Shown: positions 48,286-56,755 of the stretch, one piece after another
Layout: every line of letters starts with the position of its first letter
How positions within the stretch are numbered: the stretch's first letter is position 1
The notes under the pieces: model-generated
Told to the model about the DNA's origin: nothing
Databases searched by the model: none
The model's input: the letters and a program-made list of their open reading frames with translations, nothing else
Position numbers and translations under genes: made by a program
Virus record (IMG/VR): IMGVR_UViG_3300049048_000052
Coordinates: 1 to 64,000 of that record
DNA: 64,000 bases
Reading direction: 5' to 3' (one strand)

Positions 48286-48807
48286 TTGAGGGCTCCTTTG
48301 GGGGCCCTCCCTCTCTTCATATTGATTGTATTAACAAGCAGGATCGCTATCATGTCTAATGGTTGGGGTAAATTGTTGAGTCTATCCACTGAACTGAAGG
48401 CTATAGAGCTAGACAGGAGGATAGTACTGTTCGGGGCCTACTTTGTTGCCATCCTTAAGGATGGAGGTAGAACAAAGGAGGAGGCTATGGAAGTTCTGGC
48501 TAAGTTCATGGTTGTAGCCAGAAGGGACGGTTTTATCAAGACAGTTCATAGATCTGTCGCCTATGAGATGGGCATCCTATATTTAACTTTAGATCACCCT
48601 CTATGGGAGGATCCTATTTGTAAAAAGGCTATGCGGATGTGCGCCCTGTTCATGTTGGACGGGAAGACAGCTATCCAACTACCTGAACTAGTATTGGTTC
48701 GGGCTCAGACTATAGCCAAGCAGAAGTATATGACCCGACTATGGGCACTCCTGCCGATTGTTGAACATCCCGTCTCATCTGAGAATGTTTTGACTGTGGA
48801 TGAATAG
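48286..48807 (+). CDS. Hypothetical protein (start may be 48352)
   Basis: ORF track; AGGA before ATG 48352. Confidence 0.55.
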   Translation: MRAPLGALPLFILIVLTSRIAIMSNGWGKLLSLSTELKAIELDRRIVLFGAYFVAILKDGGRTKEEAMEVLAKFMVVARRDGFIKTVHRSVAYEMGILYLTLDHPLWEDPICKKAMRMCALFMLDGKTAIQLPELVLVRAQTIAKQKYMTRLWALLPIVEHPVSSENVLTVDE

Positions 48808-48809
48808 AT

Positions 48810-49262
48810 TTGAATCTCCAGGGCTCAGCGGACATTAGATCTGTGGGAGCCCTTTCATATTTGTATAATAGCCCTGTCTCTGTTAAGGCAGGGCTATTCA
48901 TTTCATTATATTTGATCGTTATGTTAAATCTGATTGATAAACTCCAAGAGATTGATACCACCCAGGATAGGATGGATATCTTAAGGAGAGGTGCATTCTG
49001 GGTCCATTGGGCCAATAGTCTTAGTCTTGGTGAAACCGAGATAGTCACTATGATCATCGAGGGAGCGCAGGAAGAGGGTGTGGATATCCACAGGTACCTT
49101 ATTGAACATCCTGAACTCATTGATGAACAGAGGGACTCCTTCCTTATTAATGGAACACCAGGGATGGTGCCCATGCATGAGGTAGAGAAGATTGCTATAG
49201 AACACTTCGTAGTGAAGAGTCTATACAGAAGGTATCTTGATTACTTATATAGTAAAAGTTAG
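48810..49262 (+). CDS. Hypothetical protein (true start probably downstream)
   Basis: The 5' part overlaps a hairpin. Confidence 0.5.
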   Translation: MNLQGSADIRSVGALSYLYNSPVSVKAGLFISLYLIVMLNLIDKLQEIDTTQDRMDILRRGAFWVHWANSLSLGETEIVTMIIEGAQEEGVDIHRYLIEHPELIDEQRDSFLINGTPGMVPMHEVEKIAIEHFVVKSLYRRYLDYLYSKS

Positions 49263-49317
49263 AGATAATGGGGACCCTATGGTCCCCTATTCCATCTTCG
49301 TTAACCTAGGAGGGTTT

Positions 49318-50211
49318 ATGCCAAGATCCAAGAGCAGTGTTCAAAAAGCTAGCAGATCTAAAGTTGCCACAGAGAAGCACAATATTCTCTTTGGTAAGCC
49401 GCATAAGTATAAGCCGATATTCGTGGGTTTGGAGCGTAGGCTTATCAATGGCGTGGAATGTATGGTGGGATATCATGAGTCTGCTACTGGTAGACTTGTG
49501 TTGAACTACTGGGCAGTACATGCGGATCGAGGTATGAGGATGGAGCCTGGTTGGATTCCCTTACCTAATAAGGATGCCCGATGGTCTGACTTGAAGTATG
49601 AAGGGCGTACAAGGGTGCTACTGCAGATTGAACAATGGAAGACTGAGGGTGTGATAGAACCAGAAGAATGGTCTGATGGTCAATCTACAGTAGTCAGACG
49701 TGAGAAGGATGCCAGCGATAGAATTACCATCTGGGATCCCGCTGTTATGGTAGCTCTAGATAGTAGAGATCTATTGAATGAGTTCATCAAAAGCTGCAGC
49801 ATGTGTACCCTGGTAGAGGGAGCATATCTTATCTTTGCCGATTGGATGACTCAGAAGCAATTGAAAGAGTTTGATCTTAGAAGGATGTCCTGGCTGAAGG
49901 ATAACATGGACGGGATCAAAGAGGGCGTCTTTAGGTTTGCAGAGCAGTGTGCCTCTTATGTGGCAGAGGAAGGATATGGGGATAAGATCGTAGCCTCAGT
50001 AAGGGATACCTTTGCTGAGTACTTCCTTAGTCAACTGGAGACTTATCACTTACCTTATATTGAACCAAGTCTTGAAGAAGAAGGGTTCAATCAGGATGTG
50101 AAGAGTATCCTGCAAACTAAAGGACTGGATTACTTTGCTAGGTACTATCCAACCACTCTACACTTAGGCCCAGATATGACTCATATAGATTGTTCATCTA
50201 TGTACAAGTAG
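49318..50211 (+). CDS. Hypothetical protein
   Basis: ATG after CCTAGGAGGG. Confidence 0.65.
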   Translation: MPRSKSSVQKASRSKVATEKHNILFGKPHKYKPIFVGLERRLINGVECMVGYHESATGRLVLNYWAVHADRGMRMEPGWIPLPNKDARWSDLKYEGRTRVLLQIEQWKTEGVIEPEEWSDGQSTVVRREKDASDRITIWDPAVMVALDSRDLLNEFIKSCSMCTLVEGAYLIFADWMTQKQLKEFDLRRMSWLKDNMDGIKEGVFRFAEQCASYVAEEGYGDKIVASVRDTFAEYFLSQLETYHLPYIEPSLEEEGFNQDVKSILQTKGLDYFARYYPTTLHLGPDMTHIDCSSMYK

Positions 50212-50257
50212 TATCTCCCAACCGTCCCTTCTATTAATGGAGGGCGGCCTGAGGGAT

Positions 50258-50460
50258 ACAAGGGGAATGAATACTCTACGGAGGAAGTACCCTATATCCA
50301 CTGCTGGTAGACCAGGTATAGTCTACAAGGGATAAGGTGCGTATGGCACTAGCTATTATGTATAGCACTCTACGGAGGGTGCCGTAGGTAAGGTCCTGAT
50401 TCCCGCCAACTAACCATTGATACCTATGCTAGGTGGTTAGGGTAATGAGCATAGGAAAGG
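50258..50460 (+). ncRNA. Candidate structured RNA with H-type pseudoknot upstream of tRNA-like gene
   Basis: Two cTACGg tetraloop hairpins; 8-bp stems 50409-16/50432-39 and 50422-29/50447-54 cross. Confidence 0.55.
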
Positions 50461-50462
50461 TA

Positions 50463-50548
50463 GCAACCACGGTCCAAACGGTAGGGACACTTAGGGAGGT
50501 ACTATGTACTGACTCTAGGAGATCTGGGTTCGATTCCCAGTGGTTGCA
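50463..50548 (+). tRNA. tRNA-like gene with 20-nt expanded anticodon loop
   Basis: GCAACCA/TGGTTGC acceptor, GTCC/GGAC D stem, CTGGG-TTCGATT-CCCAG T arm; anticodon not assignable. Confidence 0.7.
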
Positions 50549-50569
50549 TTATTAAACCTAGGAGGGTTT

Positions 50570-50791
50570 ATGACATATCAGTTCAAGGATGTTCATGGTG
50601 GGGACATTGCACGTATTGGGTGCTTCAAGGGTTTGAAGCAGGTTGGTTACTACCGTCAGACTGTACTAGGTGATAAACCTTGGGTCGCAGTGTTGTACGG
50701 TCCCATAAGTAACCAATTCTCAGATAGTCAGGACTTCCTTACTGAGGAGGAAGCTCAGAATTGGTTGAAGGAACGGTCTAAGTATTACTAG
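50570..50791 (+). CDS. Hypothetical protein
   Basis: ATG after CCTAGGAGGG. Confidence 0.6.
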   Translation: MTYQFKDVHGGDIARIGCFKGLKQVGYYRQTVLGDKPWVAVLYGPISNQFSDSQDFLTEEEAQNWLKERSKYY

Positions 50792-50857
50792 GAGAGGGTA
50801 GATATTAGTTAGTATCTCCCAACTCTCCCTCTCTTAGTAGAGGGGAGCCTGGGGTAT

Positions 50858-50929
50858 ACAGGATTAGTTCAGTGTTAGCAGAACATCCCCTCTAAAGGGA
50901 CAAGATAGGTTCAATTCCTATGTTCTGTT
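50858..50929 (+). tRNA. tRNA with CUA (amber) anticodon, atypical
   Basis: TCCC-CTCTAAA-GGGA anticodon arm (4 bp), ATAGG-TTCAATT-CCTAT T arm; D loop lacks GG. Confidence 0.65.
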
Positions 50930-50940
50930 ATACCCTACTC

Positions 50941-51009
50941 ACAGACCTAACTCAAGTGGAAGAGTACCCACATTGTCGGGTAGTATGGGTTCGAATCCCA
51001 TGGTCTATA
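50941..51009 (+). tRNA. Degenerate tRNA-like gene
   Basis: ACTC/GAGT D arm and ATGGG-TTCGAAT-CCCAT T arm intact; anticodon arm irregular. Confidence 0.6.
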
Positions 51010-51042
51010 ATTGTCCACTTAAATTGATTAAAGGAGTCTGTC

Positions 51043-51501
51043 ATGGTTACTACTCAAGAATTAGAGGCCGCAGGAGTGCAGGTTCACACTGCAGAGGCTA
51101 AAGTCCTCAATACCTGCCCTCATAATATCAACATCTTCCCTGAAGATGCCTTCATTAACCTGAAGCAGATCAACCCAACAACCTGGGTGGCCGATGGGGT
51201 TAAGGAAGAAGCACCGCTGTTGGCTTTCTATCCTTCAAGTGGTTCCAGTCTGCGCATTGGAGTAGAGTCCAAACCTATCGGCTCCATTGCTGGTGTTCCC
51301 TGTTACCGGGCAGTATATGGTGAGCTCTCTGGTCTCCCTGAGGAAGAGTATGACGTGATTATCACATCTCTTCCTGCGGTCAGCAATGCTAAGCTCAAGG
51401 GTCTGGCGATCGCTGAGAAGCTATGCTCACCTCATCAAGTGGTGCGTCTCTCAACTGATACCAGTGTCATCCTCGGCTGTACTGGGTTACAGTTCCAGTA
51501 A
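51043..51501 (+). CDS. Conserved-looking phage protein (NTCPHNINI..GLP..VR..ILGCTGL)
   Basis: AGGAG SD; the pattern recalls a widespread uncharacterised phage family. Confidence 0.65.
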   Translation: MVTTQELEAAGVQVHTAEAKVLNTCPHNINIFPEDAFINLKQINPTTWVADGVKEEAPLLAFYPSSGSSLRIGVESKPIGSIAGVPCYRAVYGELSGLPEEEYDVIITSLPAVSNAKLKGLAIAEKLCSPHQVVRLSTDTSVILGCTGLQFQ

Positions 51502-51519
51502 TTAGCCCTTAAGTGGGTA

Positions 51520-51591
51520 GCAGATATAGCTCAAAGGTAGAGCATATGGACGTTTGTTCATAAGATGTAGGTTCGACCCCTACTATCTGCT
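51520..51591 (+). tRNA. tRNA-like gene with 8-nt anticodon loop (Asn GTT-derived?)
   Basis: GCAGATA/TATCTGC acceptor, GCTC-AAAGGTA-GAGC D arm, loop ACGTTTGT, GTAGG-TTCGACC-CCTAC T arm. Confidence 0.7.
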
Positions 51592-51623
51592 TTGTTAAAC
51601 ATATTGATTGAAGGGAGTCCGTT

Positions 51624-51941
51624 ATGAAGGTTGATTGTTTACCTGGGTTCACATTAAGGGATGCTGTAGCTGGAGAGGATCAGTCCTTTAGCGTAGAGCA
51701 AGCTATGAAGGTGCTACATCCTCGTATATTTGAGCTATTGGTACAGAGTGTAGAACACACAAGGAAGAGGGCCCTGGAGAATGAGGTGAACTGGGCAGGC
51801 CTAAGCCCGTATGTGAGAGTGGAGATGCTTAAGGGTTTCCTTGCCTCACGTATCTCTGTCCTATTAGATATGGGAGTGGATCCTAGTGGGGCCCTGCCTA
51901 TCATCTGCTTCGTTGTGGCCTGGGTTGAGGATGTGGAGTAA
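51624..51941 (+). CDS. Hypothetical protein
   Basis: GGGAG SD. Confidence 0.6.
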   Translation: MKVDCLPGFTLRDAVAGEDQSFSVEQAMKVLHPRIFELLVQSVEHTRKRALENEVNWAGLSPYVRVEMLKGFLASRISVLLDMGVDPSGALPIICFVVAWVEDVE

Positions 51942-51979
51942 TCCACCTATTGTTAATAGCTATATACAAGGAGATGACC

Positions 51980-52222
51980 ATGAACCTAGAAGCACGATAT
52001 CCACAACACTGCCCTCATGATGGGGCAGTGATTGATCCTGATGGATCAAAATGTTATCAGGGTGAGGAGATCTGGGATATCTTCCCAGCTGATAATCCTA
52101 TGGCTGACTCATTGTACCAAGCGTCCTCCGCCTGGTGTGTAAGGAATAATGTGGCCATGCTGGTGGCTGATGATTATTCAAGTCCTGAGGACTATGGGTA
52201 TCCTGATTCTGACCTTCGTTGA
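51980..52222 (+). CDS. Hypothetical acidic protein
   Basis: AGGAG SD. Confidence 0.6.
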   Translation: MNLEARYPQHCPHDGAVIDPDGSKCYQGEEIWDIFPADNPMADSLYQASSAWCVRNNVAMLVADDYSSPEDYGYPDSDLR

Positions 52223-52230
52223 GGTATAGT

Positions 52231-52422
52231 ATGCCAACGTTTGAGGAATTCAAAGCAATGGTGAGGGCCCACTTGAAACAGGAGGGTCTATGGTCTGAGG
52301 ATATGGAGGCTGGCTTCAGTGAAGATAGTCAGGATGTAGGCTACCGGTGCTACCAACTAAGGTGGGGTAATATCAATTTGGCCTATAACCAAGTCTCCGA
52401 TAAGATAGACTTTGTGGAGTAG
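52231..52422 (+). CDS. Small acidic protein, paralogue 1
   Basis: FEEFKAMVR..EGLWSEDME..FSE shared with 52425. Confidence 0.65.
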   Translation: MPTFEEFKAMVRAHLKQEGLWSEDMEAGFSEDSQDVGYRCYQLRWGNINLAYNQVSDKIDFVE

Positions 52423-52424
52423 CC

Positions 52425-52631
52425 ATGCTTAGCTACGAGGACTTTCAGTCTATTGTCCGTCAGGATATGATGGACCAGGGTAGATGGAGTGAGGATCTAG
52501 AGTCTTGTTTCAGCGATCTCAGTGATATGGTAGGGCATCCATCCTATCAGTTCTATGCGCCCAATGTAGCATCAGCTATGTATGGGTATGACCGAGGTAT
52601 ATGGTTGTATGGTGAACCTGGAGGAGATTGA
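52425..52631 (+). CDS. Small acidic protein, paralogue 2
   Basis: YEDFQSIVR..QGRWSEDLE..FSD. Confidence 0.65.
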   Translation: MLSYEDFQSIVRQDMMDQGRWSEDLESCFSDLSDMVGHPSYQFYAPNVASAMYGYDRGIWLYGEPGGD

Positions 52632-52996
52632 TTATGCGTTTGTTCCTTTGTTTAGTGTTGGGTGCCCTGTGTGCTCCTATGTTACCTGTTGCACCTACAT
52701 TAGCCGGTGCCTTCCCCTGTGAGACTAACAAGACCCTAAAGCAGTTCAACTATGTGTGGGTGGGTCTGGGTACTAGTAAATGGGAGAGGGTAGAGGCTGC
52801 GGTGATGAAGGCCTTTGATAGACGCTTCCCTGATGCCACTAACCGACCCAGTGTGGCCTACTGTTCTCGTACAGTAGACGGACTAGCATTCTATAACTTT
52901 GCCAGTGCAGCAGAGCGAGTAGAATGGGAGTCCATTGCTCATCGGGCTGCTAATAGTGTTGAGCAGGGTACACCTGTTCTCAACATTCGTCATTAG
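52628..52996 (+). CDS. Secreted/signal-peptide protein
   Basis: MRLFLCLVLGALCAPMLPVAPTLA signal-like N-terminus. Confidence 0.6.
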   Translation: MIMRLFLCLVLGALCAPMLPVAPTLAGAFPCETNKTLKQFNYVWVGLGTSKWERVEAAVMKAFDRRFPDATNRPSVAYCSRTVDGLAFYNFASAAERVEWESIAHRAANSVEQGTPVLNIRH

Positions 52997-53053
52997 TTTG
53001 GGGGGAGGCCCCTTGGTCTCCTTATTCATATTAGATATACATAGGGGAAACTA

Positions 53054-53350
53054 ATGGAAAGTCCAGCAAGTATTACTGTCTCTGCCTCCTGGCTCTTCAG
53101 GAGCAAAGCTGTCAGCATGTGGAGTACTGACTTCGAAGAGACTGCTGAGTATGTCATGCTTAGCTCTAGTAAGGGGGTATTCCAGTTACTCAAAGATGGT
53201 AAGATCTGCGATGTAGAAGAAGTATTCAATAGCCGTCCTGGAACTGCCCTGTATAAGGGTAGTGTCTATAAGATTAAGTCTGGGTACTTCTTTGTTGGAG
53301 TTGCAGAGGGGGAGGGTATTGAGACCCCTGTTCTATTGATTGTGGAGTAA
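53054..53350 (+). CDS. Hypothetical protein
   Basis: ORF with GGGG SD-like sequence. Confidence 0.55.
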   Translation: MESPASITVSASWLFRSKAVSMWSTDFEETAEYVMLSSSKGVFQLLKDGKICDVEEVFNSRPGTALYKGSVYKIKSGYFFVGVAEGEGIETPVLLIVE

Positions 53351-53357
53351 TCCACGG

Positions 53358-53432
53358 GCCCACCATGCATATATGGATAATGCACTACCTCTGAACAAGG
53401 TAGGTTTTCAGGTTCGAATCCTGAGGTGGGCA
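53358..53432 (+). tRNA. tRNA-Phe(GAA)-like, atypical (C37, 6-bp anticodon stem)
   Basis: GCCCACC/GGTGGGC acceptor, CTACCT-CTGAACA-AGGTAG, TCAGG-TTCGAAT-CCTGA. Confidence 0.75.
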
Positions 53433-53980
53433 TAGACTGATAGGGAGGAACGGGCCTTGAGCCAACGTATTCCTATTAGTTGAGGGTGGTAAGGACCCTA
53501 CGATGGTTCTTATTGCTCAAGCCTAGGTCGTAGTGACGTACTTCCTAGCTAGGCCCAGTAAAGTTTGCTAGGTTTGATAAATGGGTCGAAGTACAAACCT
53601 AACTGCAGGGATATGCCGCCCTGTTAGTCTTTGACGGGGGAAACCCGCATTGAGTAGTACAACCAAGTAGGGAGCACCACCCCCTAGGAGGAATAGGCAA
53701 GGTATACGTCTGCTCATATCTATTGTGGTGATAGGTATGGGCGCATGGTCCCTACGTTAAGGGGTACCACTCTCTTGATGAAGAGACGTTTCCTAGTTCG
53801 TAAACTAGGTGGTGGAGTGCCTTCCGTGGGGACGCTGTTCTCATTGGCTAGTGCCCCTCAGGTCTACTATGGGAAACCATAGGGTAGCTATAACCTTGAC
53901 GATACTCGAAAGAGTTGGGGCAGGGCTATGGACTTATTAGCTACAAGTACAGAGGGGAAGGGGTCATAGCCTTCCCCTAT
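53433..53980 (+). ncRNA. Candidate large structured ncRNA (about 550 nt) downstream of tRNA
   Basis: ORF-free, GC-richer; about a dozen hairpins including GAAA-capped stems and a terminal AGGGGAAGG/CCTTCCCCT stem. Confidence 0.65.
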
Positions 53981-54110
53981 AATTAAAACTTATAAATAAT
54001 TAGAAAGTCTTTGTCTTGACCCTATAGGAAAAAGTTGCCTTTATCTCTTAAATGAGGTAAATCATAGGTAACTATACCTAATAAATGAGCTCCATCAATA
54101 AGTAGAGCTT

Positions 54111-54467
54111 ATGGATATGAAGGATAGAGACAATGATAGGGTGAGTCAGGAATGGGCCACAAGGTTAGTACTATTGAGAGATGGTATTAGTATTAGGCCC
54201 ATAGATGTATTAACCGGACCCAATAGGGAATGGAATCCTGCTGTATGGAGAGCACTGGAGAATAGGATAGATGGTAGTGGTGTGGTCCTAATGGACTGTG
54301 TCGTATCGTTTATGGATGCCTGGTGTGAGAAGTATAGTGAGGATGAGGTGGCTAACCTAAGAGCTATGGGGACTGTGATGACCCCTACTTTAGGTGAAGG
54401 ATGGTATGAGTGCCAACTATGGTGCCATCTCATCTTGAAGGCGGGTGATGTATTTAAGTTCCTATAG
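54111..54467 (+). CDS. Hypothetical protein
   Basis: ORF track. Confidence 0.55.
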   Translation: MDMKDRDNDRVSQEWATRLVLLRDGISIRPIDVLTGPNREWNPAVWRALENRIDGSGVVLMDCVVSFMDAWCEKYSEDEVANLRAMGTVMTPTLGEGWYECQLWCHLILKAGDVFKFL

Positions 54468-54597
54468 ATAGAGAGGGATTGGTTGAGATAGTGTATCTTA
54501 TTTAGGATGATGGGGTGTATCCCTCCACTTCATCATCCTAATTCTTCTTTAAATTGAACTTTACCCTTTTAACCTATTGATTGATGGAGAAGTACGT

Positions 54598-54855
54598 ATG
54601 AGCAGTAAGACTCAGAGTGCAAAACTAGACGCTAGTAACTATGAGCTAGTAATGAACTCTTGGGTGCCAGGGCAGCCTGCCACTCGTGTATGGAAGGGAC
54701 CCGATGGTACTGAGGTAGAGATTCAGCAACAACTGAATCAGGTCCAGGTGAAAGTTAATGGTAATAAACTCAGTATCCCTACTCGTGTGACGACTGAGTT
54801 ACCAGAGCTTATGAGATCTTACAAAGCAGCATTTGAGAATGCCCTGGGGGATTAA
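54598..54855 (+). CDS. Hypothetical protein
   Basis: ATG after GGAG. Confidence 0.55.
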   Translation: MSSKTQSAKLDASNYELVMNSWVPGQPATRVWKGPDGTEVEIQQQLNQVQVKVNGNKLSIPTRVTTELPELMRSYKAAFENALGD

Positions 54856-54941
54856 TGGTGGTAGCAAGACCAGTTCTAAGGGGGCGGCCCCCTGATCATA
54901 CTCCTGAGCCCCCTCGTATTTTACAGGGGTTCAGTAGAGAT

Positions 54942-55451
54942 ATGAACCTATTTACTAGTATCTTCATTGATGCTGGTAATATGTTTCATGCTCAGCAGAA
55001 GCAGGGATGGTTCTTCGATCCTAAGAAGATCATTAAGTACGCTGTACCTGACGAACATTATCTAGTGAATGCTTGGTGGCATACTGCCATTAAGGATGAA
55101 CAGGATAACATTCTGTTCAGGGATGCTTTAACCTCCATGGGTTATAGTGTTATGACTAGACCCCTTAAGGAGTACTATGACCCTCGTCGTGGTATCACTA
55201 CCCAACACGGCAATTGCGATGTGGATATCGTAATTGATATGGTGAATACATGGGGGCAATATCAACATGCGGTGGTCTTTACAGGTGATGGTGACTTCCT
55301 TTATGCATTTGAGCAGATGCATGAGAGGAACATAAAGGTAACGGTGGTAGGTGCAGAGGGTATGATATCTAGGGACCTACGGAGTGTGCCCTGGATTAAC
55401 ATTGTATACCTGGACCAAATAAAGGAGCATATTATCAAGATTCGGTACTAA
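54942..55451 (+). CDS. NYN-domain (LabA/DUF88-like) protein
   Basis: IFIDAGNM, CDVDIVIDM, VVFTGDGDF, VTVVGAEGMISRDLR motifs; WFFDP..LKEYYD is typical of cyanobacterial LabA-family proteins. Confidence 0.88.
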   Translation: MNLFTSIFIDAGNMFHAQQKQGWFFDPKKIIKYAVPDEHYLVNAWWHTAIKDEQDNILFRDALTSMGYSVMTRPLKEYYDPRRGITTQHGNCDVDIVIDMVNTWGQYQHAVVFTGDGDFLYAFEQMHERNIKVTVVGAEGMISRDLRSVPWINIVYLDQIKEHIIKIRY

Positions 55452-55659
55452 GGCTGGAGGGGGTAGTTACCCCCTTCATACTTGTTGTCTACTTAATTGA
55501 ATAACCATGGTGGTAGGTAAACCACCTAAGAGAAAGCTTCCTGGGGGTCTCTGCCTCATTAGTGGTGATCATAGTCACCATAAGCTCTTAGCCGGTGTGT
55601 TGAGAGGTTAACAGAGGGCAACTCAAACAAACCCTAGTCAATTAAAAGAGGACAAGACA

Positions 55660-56289
55660 ATGACGAACCAAATGCCTGCACAACAAGCTGTACAGAACGT
55701 TGGCTACACCAACGAGTTCGATAGCCTGGACAACTATGCCCCCGGTCAGATCTTCCGTGTGGATGCCTATCTGATTGATACCAAAGGTGATGCTGCGAGC
55801 AACAGTATCCTGCGGATGTATCCTGTGGCTCCCTCGCACATCGATCCCCGGTTGGTCCTGTCCGTTGTGCCTATCTACATCACCTGCACCGTTGAAGAAT
55901 GGCGTCAACGCAATAACTATGAGGACGGGGATACTATCTCCCTCTTCGTACGTAAGGGCACCATCAATGCCCGTGTTGACCTGGCTTCTCCTGCTGCCGT
56001 CCAGAAGGAAATGAAGCGTCTGGGTTACACCGACGTCAATCAGTTCCCCTACTACCCCGTGCGTATCAAACCTCAGAATGAGGAGACCAAAGGCATGACC
56101 GAGGAAGAACTGAAGGTCCGTGCTTACACTGCGGTGAACGGTAACACTGTTCGTACTGCTCAGCGGCAGGGTCTGAAGGGTGAACAACTGGTGGCTGCGG
56201 TGGCTCAGCGGGATACTGTGGCTGCCCAAGAGAAGGGTGTCAAGGCTGCACTGCTTGGTGTGATGAACCTCGCTAAGTCGATGTTCTAA
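55660..56289 (+). CDS. Highly expressed hypothetical protein, possibly OB-fold
   Basis: Extreme host-like codon bias; beta-rich core; GAGGA SD. Confidence 0.7.
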   Translation: MTNQMPAQQAVQNVGYTNEFDSLDNYAPGQIFRVDAYLIDTKGDAASNSILRMYPVAPSHIDPRLVLSVVPIYITCTVEEWRQRNNYEDGDTISLFVRKGTINARVDLASPAAVQKEMKRLGYTDVNQFPYYPVRIKPQNEETKGMTEEELKVRAYTAVNGNTVRTAQRQGLKGEQLVAAVAQRDTVAAQEKGVKAALLGVMNLAKSMF

Positions 56290-56354
56290 CGGTTAGGTAA
56301 ATAGATGGGGGCCCTTCAGCCTCCATCTATTTATTCTAATTAACTGGATTGACA

Positions 56355-56723
56355 ACAATGATTGACGTAAGAAACGTAGAGACCACTGGCACGATTAAAG
56401 AAGAGTATGAGTACTACGTAAGATGTAGACTCTTATTTCCTGTACTCAGGTCAATGGTTGAGGATTGGGAGGCCCTACAGGATGAGATGGTAATCATCAT
56501 GGAGAGCCAGGGTATATATGGATTAATTATAGAAATGAGTAGGCCCACTAGGGCTGAGATCTCCAAACACAGGGAGGTATGTAAGTTATTAGTAAATTAT
56601 ATACAAGCTGGTGACCCTACCTTAGAGGTCCTATTAGATGATGATCTAGTAGAAGAGGCAGAATCATTTGCCTCCACTCTAATGGTAGATCGTTTGGAGA
56701 GACTCCTACAAAAGAACATATAG
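56355..56723 (+). CDS. Hypothetical protein
   Basis: ORF track. Confidence 0.55.
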   Translation, partial: TMIDVRNVETTGTIKEEYEYYVRCRLLFPVLRSMVEDWEALQDEMVIIMESQGIYGLIIEMSRPTRAEISKHREVCKLLVNYIQAGDPTLEVLLDDDLVEEAESFASTLMVDRLERLLQKNI

Positions 56724-56755
56724 TTCAAAACTGCATTGAAGGGAGTTCCTGTACT

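Noticed and set aside
43280-51415. HIP1 octamer GCGATCGC as host evidence
   Set aside because: Only two copies noticed, both in coding sequence; not enough to show enrichment.
53437-53460. RNase P RNA (GGGAGGAACGGGC resembles GAGGAAAGTCCGGGC)
   Set aside because: The AAGTC core and the 3' AGAACCCGGCTTA-type P4 partner are missing.
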